A stretch of 64,000 nucleotides of DNA from Candidatus Caldarchaeum sp. Its GTDB lineage: Archaea > Thermoproteota > Nitrososphaeria_A > Caldarchaeales > Caldarchaeaceae. The DNA lies in assembly GCA_038885755.1 (NCBI GenBank), contig JAVZZH010000001.1, forward strand, positions 192,001-256,000. The letters run 5' to 3'. The notes beneath the pieces were generated by a model that worked only from the letters and a program-made list of their open reading frames with translations, was not told the origin of the DNA and made no database searches. Below are positions 55,432 to 64,000 of this stretch, in pieces. Positions within the stretch are counted from its first letter, which is position 1; each line of letters begins with the position of its first letter. Position numbers and translations under genes: made by a program.

Positions 55432-57888
55432 TCAGCCCAGCTTACCCTCCACACGGTACAGCCTTTCCGAGATCCTTCTGTTCTCGTCCCTTACCTTCTC
55501 AATCTCCTCCCTCAAAGCCTTGTACTCGACCCCCTTCTCCAGCTGTTCTCTAATCTTCCTAGCCACCTCTCTGGCGTTCCTGCTAACCCTGCCGTTTAAA
55601 TCCTGCTCAGCCAATCTGTCCAGCGTCTTTAGAAGCCTGCTGTCCATCAACTCTCTGGCGGCGGACACGACCGCTCCCCTCACCCTCTCGTTAGGGTCGT
55701 ATGAAAGCTTCTCAAGCCTTTCAAACACCTCTTGCCTGTCTGGGAACTTCGCCAACCCCGCTATCGCCGCCAGCCGCACGGGAGTGGGGTGCGACGGCTC
55801 TGTTCTTCCAGCAACGTATGTGAACGCCTCGTCAGTTCCCAACTCTGAAAGGCCCGCAACCGCTCCGCATGCCACTGCGTGGGCGTGAGACTCGTAGCCG
55901 AGGGCTTTTATCAGAGCCGGTAGGTTTTCGGGATTTTTGAGCCTGCCGAGGCTTATGCACGCCGCCTGCCTTACGTAGTAGGACTCGGATGCGTCGTCGA
56001 TTATCTTCTTCAGGGCTTCCTCCACCTGACCATCCTTCTCGAAACTGCCCAGAGCCTCCACCACTCCACGCCTCACTTTGGGATGTTTGACCTCGTCAAG
56101 GCATCTGAGAAGAGCGTGCTTCGCTTCCTCGGACTTTATCTGGCCCAAGGCTTTCGCCGCTTGGTAGCTGACTCCCCAGAAGCTGTCGTGCTTGACAACT
56201 TTTTCCAACCTCTCAACAACCCGCCTCCCTCCCTGCCTGCCGAGGAACTCGACAGTTTCAAGCCTGCAGACAACGCTACCGCATTCGCCGACGGCTTTCA
56301 ACGCTTCTTCGACAGGTCTCTCTACGCTGACAGCCCTGAGCAGCTTGAGCCAAGGGTCCACGCATACGTGCGAAGGCTTTGTCTTGAGCGGAAACTGTAG
56401 AGAAACCTCTCTGACGTCCAGAGGTATCTTGCGGACAATCTTCTCGTCGCCAGCCGTAATCTCAACCTCGAGCTCCAAGTCGTAGGTCTCCGGGCAGTCG
56501 GCGCCTTGAACCTGCTTGACGTTTAGCCTGAGTAGCTGGTTCTCCGAGTCCCATCTGTAGCTGATGTTAAGGGAGGGGTGGCCGGCTGAATAGACCAGCT
56601 GCTCGAACAGATGCTCGAGCGACGTTCCAGCCTCATGCTCCAAAGCCTTGCGCAGGTCCTCTGTGTCAGCCGTCGAGAACTGATGTTTCTTCAGGAAGTG
56701 GCTAAGGCCTTTTCTAAACCTCTCCTCGCCCACCACGTTGCTTATCGTGTGGAGGACGAGACCACCCTTGGGGTATGCGTGGCGGTCGAACAGCTCGTCG
56801 GGAGTCTTGTAAAGCCTGAAGACTACAGGCCTTGAGTATCTCCGCTGGTATTCGTCAAGGTAGGACTTGAGGTCGCTGTAGAGCTCGTACAGGAACTCGT
56901 CGTTTCCCTTGTCGTGTCTCACGTAGAGGTTCTCGAGATATGTTGCGAACGACTCGTTGAGCCAGATGTGGGACCAGTCTCTGCAAGTCACGAGGTCGCC
57001 GAACCACTGATGAGCTAGTTCGTGCGCTACGAGAGGGTCGCTGGAGAAGTCCATGTGCGCGTGGTCGTCGTGGAGGGTCAGGTCTGTGAGCGTGGTTGCC
57101 GTCGTGTTTTCCATGCCTCCTACGACGAACTCTGGAACGCATATCTGCTTGTAGGACTTGTAGGGATACGGGTAGTCTAGGTACTGGCTGAAGAACCTGA
57201 TGATGTCGGCTGTCTTGCTGAAGGAGTTTTTGATGTATCTTCCCATTCCCCTTGGGACGTAGTATCCAAGCTTCACGCCGTCAAAGTTTTCCTCCATTTT
57301 GTCGAAGACGCCGGCGACGAAGCTCATCAAGTACGATGTGTGAGGCACGTCCAGCAACCAGTGCCACGTGCTCGCGTCTTTCCCTCTCTCGACGTTTACC
57401 AGCTCTCCGTTCGATACGACTTCGAGAGGCTCGGGAACGGTCGCAACAAGCTCGGTGCTGAACTTCATGTTTGGGTAGTCGTAGACGGGCATCCAGTAGC
57501 GGTTGTACTCGGGCTCGCCATGGCTCCACACGAAGGCTCTGCTCCTATCCTCCGGCGTGATGAAGTAGAGCCCTGTACGTGGCCAAGCTCTGTAGTGGAC
57601 CGACAGCTTGTGTTCCTGTCTAGAGGGTAGAGTTATTCGGAGGGTCTTGCCGTCGTAGTCGTAGCTTCCTCCCTCAACCCTAGTGACCTCCATCTCCACC
57701 GCGTCAAGCTCGACTTGGTCGCTGGAGTTTTGAAGCGTTATGGCGGCTTTCCCGTCGACCCTTCTGTCGTCAAGGTCTAGTGAGATCTCGAGTCTGTAGT
57801 GGCTGATCTTGAAAGACGGTCTTCTCGGATAACGTGGCCTGTAGTCAGGGAAGATGAAATCTCTTCCGGCTTTCAGGTAGGGATGCAA
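55432..57888 (-). CDS. pepN: M1 aminopeptidase N with C-terminal HEAT repeats
   Basis: GGMEN, HELAHQWFGD..WLNE, YPKG; HEAT-like repeats and terminal coiled coil. Confidence 0.93.
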   Translation of the reverse strand: MHPYLKAGRDFIFPDYRPRYPRRPSFKISHYRLEISLDLDDRRVDGKAAITLQNSSDQVELDAVEMEVTRVEGGSYDYDGKTLRITLPSRQEHKLSVHYRAWPRTGLYFITPEDRSRAFVWSHGEPEYNRYWMPVYDYPNMKFSTELVATVPEPLEVVSNGELVNVERGKDASTWHWLLDVPHTSYLMSFVAGVFDKMEENFDGVKLGYYVPRGMGRYIKNSFSKTADIIRFFSQYLDYPYPYKSYKQICVPEFVVGGMENTTATTLTDLTLHDDHAHMDFSSDPLVAHELAHQWFGDLVTCRDWSHIWLNESFATYLENLYVRHDKGNDEFLYELYSDLKSYLDEYQRRYSRPVVFRLYKTPDELFDRHAYPKGGLVLHTISNVVGEERFRKGLSHFLKKHQFSTADTEDLRKALEHEAGTSLEHLFEQLVYSAGHPSLNISYRWDSENQLLRLNVKQVQGADCPETYDLELEVEITAGDEKIVRKIPLDVREVSLQFPLKTKPSHVCVDPWLKLLRAVSVERPVEEALKAVGECGSVVCRLETVEFLGRQGGRRVVERLEKVVKHDSFWGVSYQAAKALGQIKSEEAKHALLRCLDEVKHPKVRRGVVEALGSFEKDGQVEEALKKIIDDASESYYVRQAACISLGRLKNPENLPALIKALGYESHAHAVACGAVAGLSELGTDEAFTYVAGRTEPSHPTPVRLAAIAGLAKFPDRQEVFERLEKLSYDPNERVRGAVVSAARELMDSRLLKTLDRLAEQDLNGRVSRNAREVARKIREQLEKGVEYKALREEIEKVRDENRRISERLYRVEGKLG

Positions 57889-57957
57889 ACCTGCTCTTGT
57901 GGGAGTGGTTCTGGTGATGCTTTATATCTTTACACGGTCAATCATGTGCGGAGCTAG

Positions 57958-58167
57958 ATGAGCGGGGAGAGGGTTTATGAATCTGTGATGGCTTTTCTGA
58001 CTTCAAAATACGGGCCGGTTGAGCTAGAGCTGTCAAGGACTTATGAGCGTCGGGACGTGGTGGAGGTTGCAGGCAAGTTCAGGCTTGAGAGTGGGGGTGG
58101 TTGGAGGAGGTTCACGCTGCTGCTCAGCAGAGAAAACATGGAGGTAGTAGGGTTCGGCATGAGATGA
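57958..58167 (+). CDS. Small hypothetical protein
   Basis: 69-aa ORF in the intergenic gap with tttatat about 30 nt upstream. Confidence 0.6.
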   Translation: MSGERVYESVMAFLTSKYGPVELELSRTYERRDVVEVAGKFRLESGGGWRRFTLLLSRENMEVVGFGMR

Positions 58168-58230
58168 CAACGCAGGGGCTGGGAGTTTATGTTTTTATCT
58201 GCGGCTTCACAAACCAGTGACGATGACTGT

Positions 58231-58518
58231 ATGGCTGAGGAGGATGCCAAGGCCGAGATCATGGAAAAGGTTGAGAAGCTCTACTCGGCTGTGAACCGGA
58301 TAAGGTTTTACCGTGAGGTCGCGATGGATGATAAAATCAGCGAACTCCTGACGGAGGCTGAGAAGCTGCGGACTGAGATGAGGCTTTCAGAGCAGGAGGT
58401 TGAGAAGCTGGCGGATGATTTGGACGAGTTCTACATATCCGGCTCCTCGTCCTACGGGGAGCTGGACCCTCTCAGCCACTGGGTCAACGTTGTTTACGGC
58501 AGGCTGTCTAAGCCCTAG
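58231..58518 (+). CDS. Hypothetical acidic helical protein
   Basis: ORF MAEEDAK...; typical codon usage; fills the gap. Confidence 0.65.
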   Translation: MAEEDAKAEIMEKVEKLYSAVNRIRFYREVAMDDKISELLTEAEKLRTEMRLSEQEVEKLADDLDEFYISGSSSYGELDPLSHWVNVVYGRLSKP

Positions 58519-59629
58519 AGAATATGCGTATCACTTTGTCGTCTCCGGCTCTTGGAACTCCTCTACCGTCTCTGTTGCTCGTCAACACATACAAAGCTCC
58601 ATCCGGGCCCTCGACGACGTCTCTCAGTCTTCCAAAAGAGTCGGTGAAGAGCTTCTCGTGGCCTACGACGGCTGTCCCGTCTTCGTTCAGAACAACTCTG
58701 TGGAGATGGGATCCTCTCAGGGCTGCGAACAGCAGCGAGCCTCGTAGGCTTGCGATGTCCCCCTGCTTGTAGACGCAGCATCCGGAAGGAGCCCATGTCT
58801 CCGAGCCGCTGTGGATCAGAGGCTTGATGATTCCTTGAACGGCTTCGTCTCCGATTGCCGCTGGCCAGCCGTAGTTTCCGCCTGAAACTATCAAGTTAAC
58901 CTCGTCGTGGGCGTATCTGAGACCCTCGCCGGATGGCCCGTGGTCTGTTGCGTACATGCGTCCATCACGCCAAGCTATTCCCTGCGAGTTTCGTAGGCCG
59001 AGGGCGTAGACCGGCGAGTTGAACGGGTTGTCGCCGGGCGTTTCTCCCTCTGGGGTGACCCTTAGGATTTTACCTCCAAGGGAGTTGATGTTCTGCGACT
59101 CGGCCGGCACCCCTCCCTCGCCCGTAGCTATGTAAAGCATGCCGTCGGGCCCGACCTTGACCCTTCCGCCGTTGTGCACAGCCCCTCCCGTGATTCCCGA
59201 GACCACATCGACTACGTCGTCCAGCCCGCCGTCGTAGAGGGCTTTGACGACCTTGTTCATCAACCGGCCGCCAGCCCTGTACGTGTGGTAGAGGAACACC
59301 ACGGTCTTCCCTCCGGCTCTCATACTCTCGACACCCAACAGACCTCCCTCGCCTACAGCAGCAACCTCGATGAAACCCACCTCCTCAACCTTTCGGCTGC
59401 CGAGGGTGAGCAGCTTCACCGAGCCCTGTCTCTCGGTGATGAGCGCCTCGTCGTCGCTGATGAACGAGACCGACCAAGGTATCCTCAGGCCTTCTGCGAC
59501 AGGCTCGGCGGACAGGGAAACATCCACGTCCATGCTCGTCCTAGGTGTTGCGAGAACAAGCCCGGCTGCAGCCGCCAGCCCAGCAGCAGCTCCTCCCAGC
59601 AGGAACCGTCTTCGAGTGAGCGGCGCCAA
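58508..59629 (-). CDS. PQQ-dependent glucose/sorbosone dehydrogenase, Tat-exported
   Basis: TRRRFL signal; GEGGLLG, HNGGR..FGPDG-like, GLRN.QG, GGNYGWP, GRLRDV. Confidence 0.92.
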   Translation of the reverse strand: MAPLTRRRFLLGGAAAGLAAAAGLVLATPRTSMDVDVSLSAEPVAEGLRIPWSVSFISDDEALITERQGSVKLLTLGSRKVEEVGFIEVAAVGEGGLLGVESMRAGGKTVVFLYHTYRAGGRLMNKVVKALYDGGLDDVVDVVSGITGGAVHNGGRVKVGPDGMLYIATGEGGVPAESQNINSLGGKILRVTPEGETPGDNPFNSPVYALGLRNSQGIAWRDGRMYATDHGPSGEGLRYAHDEVNLIVSGGNYGWPAAIGDEAVQGIIKPLIHSGSETWAPSGCCVYKQGDIASLRGSLLFAALRGSHLHRVVLNEDGTAVVGHEKLFTDSFGRLRDVVEGPDGALYVLTSNRDGRGVPRAGDDKVIRIFSRA

Positions 59630-59716
59630 CCCGGGTGTCCGTCGGAGTGTTGGTAAATAAGCATATGCATAAATTCCGCTGAGAGATTCAAGCTGTGGCC
59701 GTGAGGTTGTTGATGC

Positions 59717-60073
59717 TTGCGTAGAGTCATAACCTTCAAGCCTGAGATGCTCGACCTTGTGGTCAAGGGGCTGAAGACTTCCACGGTAAGGCCTGTGAAC
59801 GGGTCGGTCTACAGCGACGACCTAGTTCTCACCGACGGTGTGAGAAGAGTTTACGCCAAGCTGTTGAGCGTGAGGAGGTTGAGGCTGGCGGAGGCAGCGA
59901 ACCACTACGTCATGGAAGGCTTCAGCTCCCCAGACGAGTTCATCGAAAACATTCGCCGAATCTACCCAAGCCTAGGCCCGAACGACGAAGTAAACCTGAT
60001 AGAGTTCAAGCTCCAGCCCACAGACGCCTCAGCAACGATTCCTCACCCAAACCTTCAGAGGACTCGAACATGA
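59717..60073 (+). CDS. ASCH-domain protein
   Basis: ITF......V..GLKTSTVR, EGFSS..EF...IY, V.LIEF. Confidence 0.82.
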   Translation: MRRVITFKPEMLDLVVKGLKTSTVRPVNGSVYSDDLVLTDGVRRVYAKLLSVRRLRLAEAANHYVMEGFSSPDEFIENIRRIYPSLGPNDEVNLIEFKLQPTDASATIPHPNLQRTRT

Positions 60074-60302
60074 ACGCCACAACCCTGCCGGGCTCCGGCC
60101 TCGAGGCGGAGACCGCCATGTCGAGGCATGCCGTGAAACGCTTGTCGACAGGATGTCCAACGACTCCGACGAAAACATAGCCCTTAGGCAGGCGCGTATC
60201 CCATGCCGCCTCACCCATGTCTTATAGTCTATGGCTCCGAGGGCTTCTGCGGCAGGCTTCCAGACAAGCTGCTCCATCCTCAAAGCCGGTTTTCCAGAAG
60301 CT

Positions 60303-61322
60303 CTATTGATGTGTTTGTTGAACTGTTTTCCAAAGATGTTTTAAAGAATGGATGTTTTTATACTGCATGGTTTGTAGAAGTTCTTTAAGCATGTCCCTGA
60401 CCGCTGTAGCACCCCTATAGGCGAGCGCTGTGTAGATTTGAACGGTGTTCGCACCATTCATCAATGTATTGAGCACGTCTTCGCCGGTGAAGATTCCCCC
60501 TACAGCGTGAATTTCAAAATCCTCGCCGTACATGCTTCTAACTTCTTTGACGCATTTTATCATGCGCGGGTATAGCGGCCTGCCGCTTAAACCACCTCTA
60601 CGGGCCGAGACTCTAGGCTCTTCAACAAGCAACGCGTTGACGGCTGTGACGCCTTCGAACCCTGTGTCATGCCAGGTGTTGACGATCTTGTAAATAAGGT
60701 CCCGCTCCTCGCTGTTCGTGTACGGCGGTATCTTTAGATAGGTTGGTCTCCGCTTATGCTGGTGCAGGGCTTCAGCGACCTGCTTGAATTTCTCCAGCTG
60801 AAAATAGTGGCGTAGCTGAGGCGTGTTGGGTGAGCTTATGTTGACCTCGACACCGGAAGCGAAGGGCTGAACCTCCCTGTAGCATTCTAGAAGGTTTTCC
60901 ACGTCTTCATCGCTTACGCTCACCAATACAGGTATGCCAGAGTTTCCTGACATGGCGAGGTTTTGAACAAACTTTTTCAGCCCGGGGTTTGGAAAACCCA
61001 TCGCGTTAACAAGGCTTTCTTCGCTTCTCCGCCGGACTATACGGGGTTTTTTCATACCTTTCCGTAGGTTCTTGGTGACGGTGCCGACTACAAGGTATCC
61101 GAACCCAAGCTTCTCCAGATGTTTAACGCATTCGCCTGCTTTGTCGAAGCCAGCCGCCAGACCTATGGGGTTTTTTAAACGACCGAACCACGTATCCACG
61201 TAAAGCCTCTCGTCTCCGAAACCTATGTTATACGGCATCAGCCTAAGAAGTTTCATCCCAAGGTCGTGGGCTGCCTCCGCAGGCAGCCTCGCCAACAACG
61301 TCTGAACAAGCTTCAGCATCAT
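60303..61322 (-). CDS. pyrD: Dihydroorotate dehydrogenase, class 2 (quinone)
   Basis: PAEAAH, GLAAGFDK, NAMGFPN, NISSPNT (catalytic Ser), GGLSG, VQIYTA. Confidence 0.93.
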   Translation of the reverse strand: MMLKLVQTLLARLPAEAAHDLGMKLLRLMPYNIGFGDERLYVDTWFGRLKNPIGLAAGFDKAGECVKHLEKLGFGYLVVGTVTKNLRKGMKKPRIVRRRSEESLVNAMGFPNPGLKKFVQNLAMSGNSGIPVLVSVSDEDVENLLECYREVQPFASGVEVNISSPNTPQLRHYFQLEKFKQVAEALHQHKRRPTYLKIPPYTNSEERDLIYKIVNTWHDTGFEGVTAVNALLVEEPRVSARRGGLSGRPLYPRMIKCVKEVRSMYGEDFEIHAVGGIFTGEDVLNTLMNGANTVQIYTALAYRGATAVRDMLKELLQTMQYKNIHSLKHLWKTVQQTHQ

Positions 61323-61419
61323 GTCTTCTTACTGCCAAGCCACGGCGATAACATAAATGTTGTCCCGTGGTTGTAGGATTTTTACGGCGGCCTCTTCAGC
61401 CCTTACGAGAAGCAGGGTT

Positions 61420-61700
61420 TCATGAGGCTTGTTGGTGCTGTGGACGACGCAGTCGGCTTAGACTGCTCCGATGATGCCGGCGTGATGGCCAAGTTCGTCG
61501 CCTTCGACGTCGAGAAAAGCATAGGAGCTTCCGCAGATATCTGCAAGAAGACACACTCCAGCAACAACAGTCAACAAATTGGCTGGATACCTCCGGTAGG
61601 TTTTGGGAACAGCCACACTGGCGAGGCGAACACATCAACGACGCGCACGTCCTACTTCATCGACGCCTGTAGCCTCCATTTCGAACCCTATTTTAGTTAA
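61420..61700 (+). pseudogene. Degenerate gene fragment, homologous to 5059-5300
   Basis: See the 5059-5300 entry; similarity continues past an apparent frameshift and deletion near 61550-61620. Confidence 0.5.
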
Positions 61701-61765
61701 GGAGCAGATGAACAGCAGCATGCTACGGCTCAGCTGTAAGGACGCCTAAGAGACAGGAGACGATG

Positions 61766-61840
61766 CGGGCCCGGCGGGATTTGAACCCGCGGCCCCCGGG
61801 TTAAAAGCCCGGTGCTCTGTCCTGACTGAGCTACGGGCCC
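61766..61840 (-). tRNA. tRNA-Lys(UUU)
   Basis: GGGCCCG/CGGGCCC-G acceptor; CCGGG-CTTTTAA-CCCGG anticodon arm; GCGGG-TTCAAAT-CCCGC T-arm; tttaag upstream. Confidence 0.95.
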
Positions 61841-62419
61841 TTCTTCGGAGCTAAACACAGTGCTTAAATCTCTCCACCGTCCTTCATTGATGATTCCGCG
61901 GCGAACGGGGCTGGATGTTTCACAACTCGAGGATTGAACTCGGAGATATTTAGAGTTAGTCCTCAGGTTCTCGAAAGGAGGCAGCGACGCACGCGTCTGT
62001 GCGATGAAAAATTCCAAGGTTTGACGATGTTGCGCCGTAGGCGATGAAGCCGGATTACACGACGCGTTTTCTTGAGCTGTAAGGACGGTGAGCCATTTAT
62101 TTGTTGTATCGTCGACACCCAAGTCGGCTTAGGTTCCGTCCATCACTACGCCGTGGCCGTCGAAACCTAGGAAGACCAGAAAACCATCATACGCTAACTC
62201 TGTTCCGCCTCCGAGACGAAGATGAGGATTTAGCGGAGGTTGCTACAGCTGGCCCGCGCTAAGTCGACGAGCCGCGTGAAACCACGATACGCAAGCTTAC
62301 TCTTCAGCTCTGCTCGAAGCCATGCAAACTATCATCGAGCAAAAGCCCGCTTAGCGCGTCATGGAGAACATCGTGGGCACGCCGTAGGCTTATTCTTCGT
62401 TCGATGAGCCTCCCGAGCT

Positions 62420-64000
62420 CTAGAACCGTGGAGGAGGAGGCGGAGGAGGTGGATACCTTGGCCCAGCTCTTCTCCTCGTGATGATTAGGGCGAACGCTGC
62501 GAGCAACGCTCCAAGCACGATTGCCAAGCTTACGTAATCCTCGCCGGATGTTTCCGGAGGAGGTGGTTTCACAGTAACCGTGACAACGATGGTCTGCGTT
62601 TCCCTGCCGAAAACCGTCTGAGTCGTGTAAACCGTTTGAGCAACCGTGCCGGTGACGGTTCTCGTGACCGTCCTAGTGACTTCAACCGTCTCTTTTTCTT
62701 CGACGGGCGGCTCTTCACCGAGGCCGATGGATAAAACGACCGTTCCAGCGGATTGGTCGAAACTCATCACCTTGATGACGAACCCCTCATCTGTCGCGTA
62801 TTCGCTGTTTTCGAAGTTTAGTTCCAAGGGATTGGGTAAAGCTCTGAGGCTGTGTATCCAGTTTGTCCGGTAGCTAGGCTCGATTATTGGTGCGTCAACC
62901 CCTTCGCACAACCTAACCACCCTAGATTCAAGGCGCTCGCAGATAGCTGGTGTGTCGGGATTGGCTTCAATCAGTCTGATAAAATATTTTTCGTCGACTA
63001 TGTTCCTGTCAACGTATTCGTTGACGCGGAAGACGAGAACACCGGGGCCGGGAAGAGCTGCGTCGTTTTTCACAGGCCTTCGGGCATGGATAAAGTAGTA
63101 TTCTTTATCGTTGATGCGGATAATGAGAGCATGCGGTTCATCCGGTCTATCAAGCGTGTGTATCAAATATTCTCCTGTCTTCTCCACCTCGACCGCCTCT
63201 ATCCATCCGAGGATGTATTTTGACCAGCCGTCGATGTCGACTGGCGGGTCGAGGAACGCACCGTAATCCATGTTTGTCCACACTCCTACTTCACTGCCCG
63301 CGCTGTATCCGTCTTTGTCGTAAACGTAGTGGTCGGATATCCACATGCTGTGCGTGAATTCATGCGCCAAAACCGCTGGAAAATCATCCTCGGCTACAGT
63401 CAGTATCCCCGCCAACAAATTCCCTTTTCCATCCCTACCCCTATGCATGAAAAGGTCTACGGCCCAGTCGAGTCCCTGTCTACGAAGCGCTTGCTCCAAT
63501 TCATCGAACCCATATTGTTCAATTAGGTCGTAGAGAACCCTCGGAACAACGCAGTGACAATGGCTCCAGACGTCGTTCGCTGACCCGCTGATAGCTTCGT
63601 CTCTCCCCGCATGTATCACTATGACGTGCTTAAACTTCGATACGTCGACACGTTCTCTTTCCTTGACTGTCTTTATCACGGTCAAGTGGTATTCCAGAAT
63701 TCTTTGATTGTCGTCTCCTCTCTGCGCTCCACTACTCGGACCGCCGTAGTAGCTCATGGTTTTAGGCAACGTGATGACTTTAGGATGAATATAGTAGTCG
63801 AGCCACGTCTTACCGTATGACGATGAGCGGACGAAGTCGTCGACGACTTTAACTATCTGCTCCGCTTGAGTCCTGCCTATCCGCATTTTGACGTCGCTAA
63901 AATCTACTAGGACGACAAGAGTCGGCTGTGCACCGAGGAAAGCTACCGGTTTATGCCACCTTCTCTCTTGTTGTTGAGACACTCCGGCTGGAATCAAGAC
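62420..64000 (-). CDS. M6-family (immune inhibitor A-like) membrane-anchored metalloprotease, N-terminus probably outside window
   Basis: LVDFSD, SSYGK, IHAG, AHEFTH..W.D.Y, W..M..G, KYILGW; Thr-rich linker, C-terminal TM and poly-Pro tail. Confidence 0.88.
   Translation of the reverse strand, partial: VLIPAGVSQQQERRWHKPVAFLGAQPTLVVLVDFSDVKMRIGRTQAEQIVKVVDDFVRSSSYGKTWLDYYIHPKVITLPKTMSYYGGPSSGAQRGDDNQRILEYHLTVIKTVKERERVDVSKFKHVIVIHAGRDEAISGSANDVWSHCHCVVPRVLYDLIEQYGFDELEQALRRQGLDWAVDLFMHRGRDGKGNLLAGILTVAEDDFPAVLAHEFTHSMWISDHYVYDKDGYSAGSEVGVWTNMDYGAFLDPPVDIDGWSKYILGWIEAVEVEKTGEYLIHTLDRPDEPHALIIRINDKEYYFIHARRPVKNDAALPGPGVLVFRVNEYVDRNIVDEKYFIRLIEANPDTPAICERLESRVVRLCEGVDAPIIEPSYRTNWIHSLRALPNPLELNFENSEYATDEGFVIKVMSFDQSAGTVVLSIGLGEEPPVEEKETVEVTRTVTRTVTGTVAQTVYTTQTVFGRETQTIVVTVTVKPPPPETSGEDYVSLAIVLGALLAAFALIITRRRAGPRYPPPPPPPPRF

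Noticed and set aside
60006-60283. Two short overlapping minus-strand ORFs after pyrD as a frameshifted gene
   Set aside because: No recognisable family or slippery site, and they overlap the ASCH gene; cannot be supported.
1-64000. CRISPR array, rRNA genes, IS elements or transposases
   Set aside because: No regularly spaced direct repeats, rRNA consensus blocks or transposase/integrase motifs were seen by eye.

Overview
Gene-dense archaeal chromosomal window, most likely from a Caldarchaeum-like (Caldarchaeales/'Aigarchaeota') thermophile. The assignment rests on a eukaryote-type ubiquitin operon whose Ub is almost identical, from recall, to the Ca. Caldarchaeum subterraneum protein, and on tRNAs with non-canonical BHB introns. 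Most of the window is housekeeping: LeuRS, GlyRS, Top6B, PolB1, Dpo4, Ogg, RtcA, Dph5, proteasome beta, riboflavin/thiamine/NAD enzymes, mevalonate-entry genes, scattered Nuo subunits, an A1-type heme-copper oxidase and five tRNAs. The main point of interest is 45.3-51.0 kb. There the known Ub-E2-E1-RING operon and the divergent Rpn11/JAMM gene are flanked by uncharacterised partners: a 4-TM membrane protein carrying a second RING with exactly the same Cys/His spacing as the operon E3, and three coiled-coil proteins, two apparently co-transcribed with Ub-system genes. This suggests a membrane-directed arm of archaeal ubiquitylation. Other observations: an unannotated box C/D sRNA, three paralogous wHTH genes beside an orphan NurA-HerA pair, a thiolase lacking its catalytic Cys, a NuoI with a ~130-aa insert, and two homologous gene relics each facing a tRNA 3' end 56 kb apart. 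No CRISPR array, rRNA or intact mobile element was seen. All calls come from reading motifs by eye; no database searches were run.
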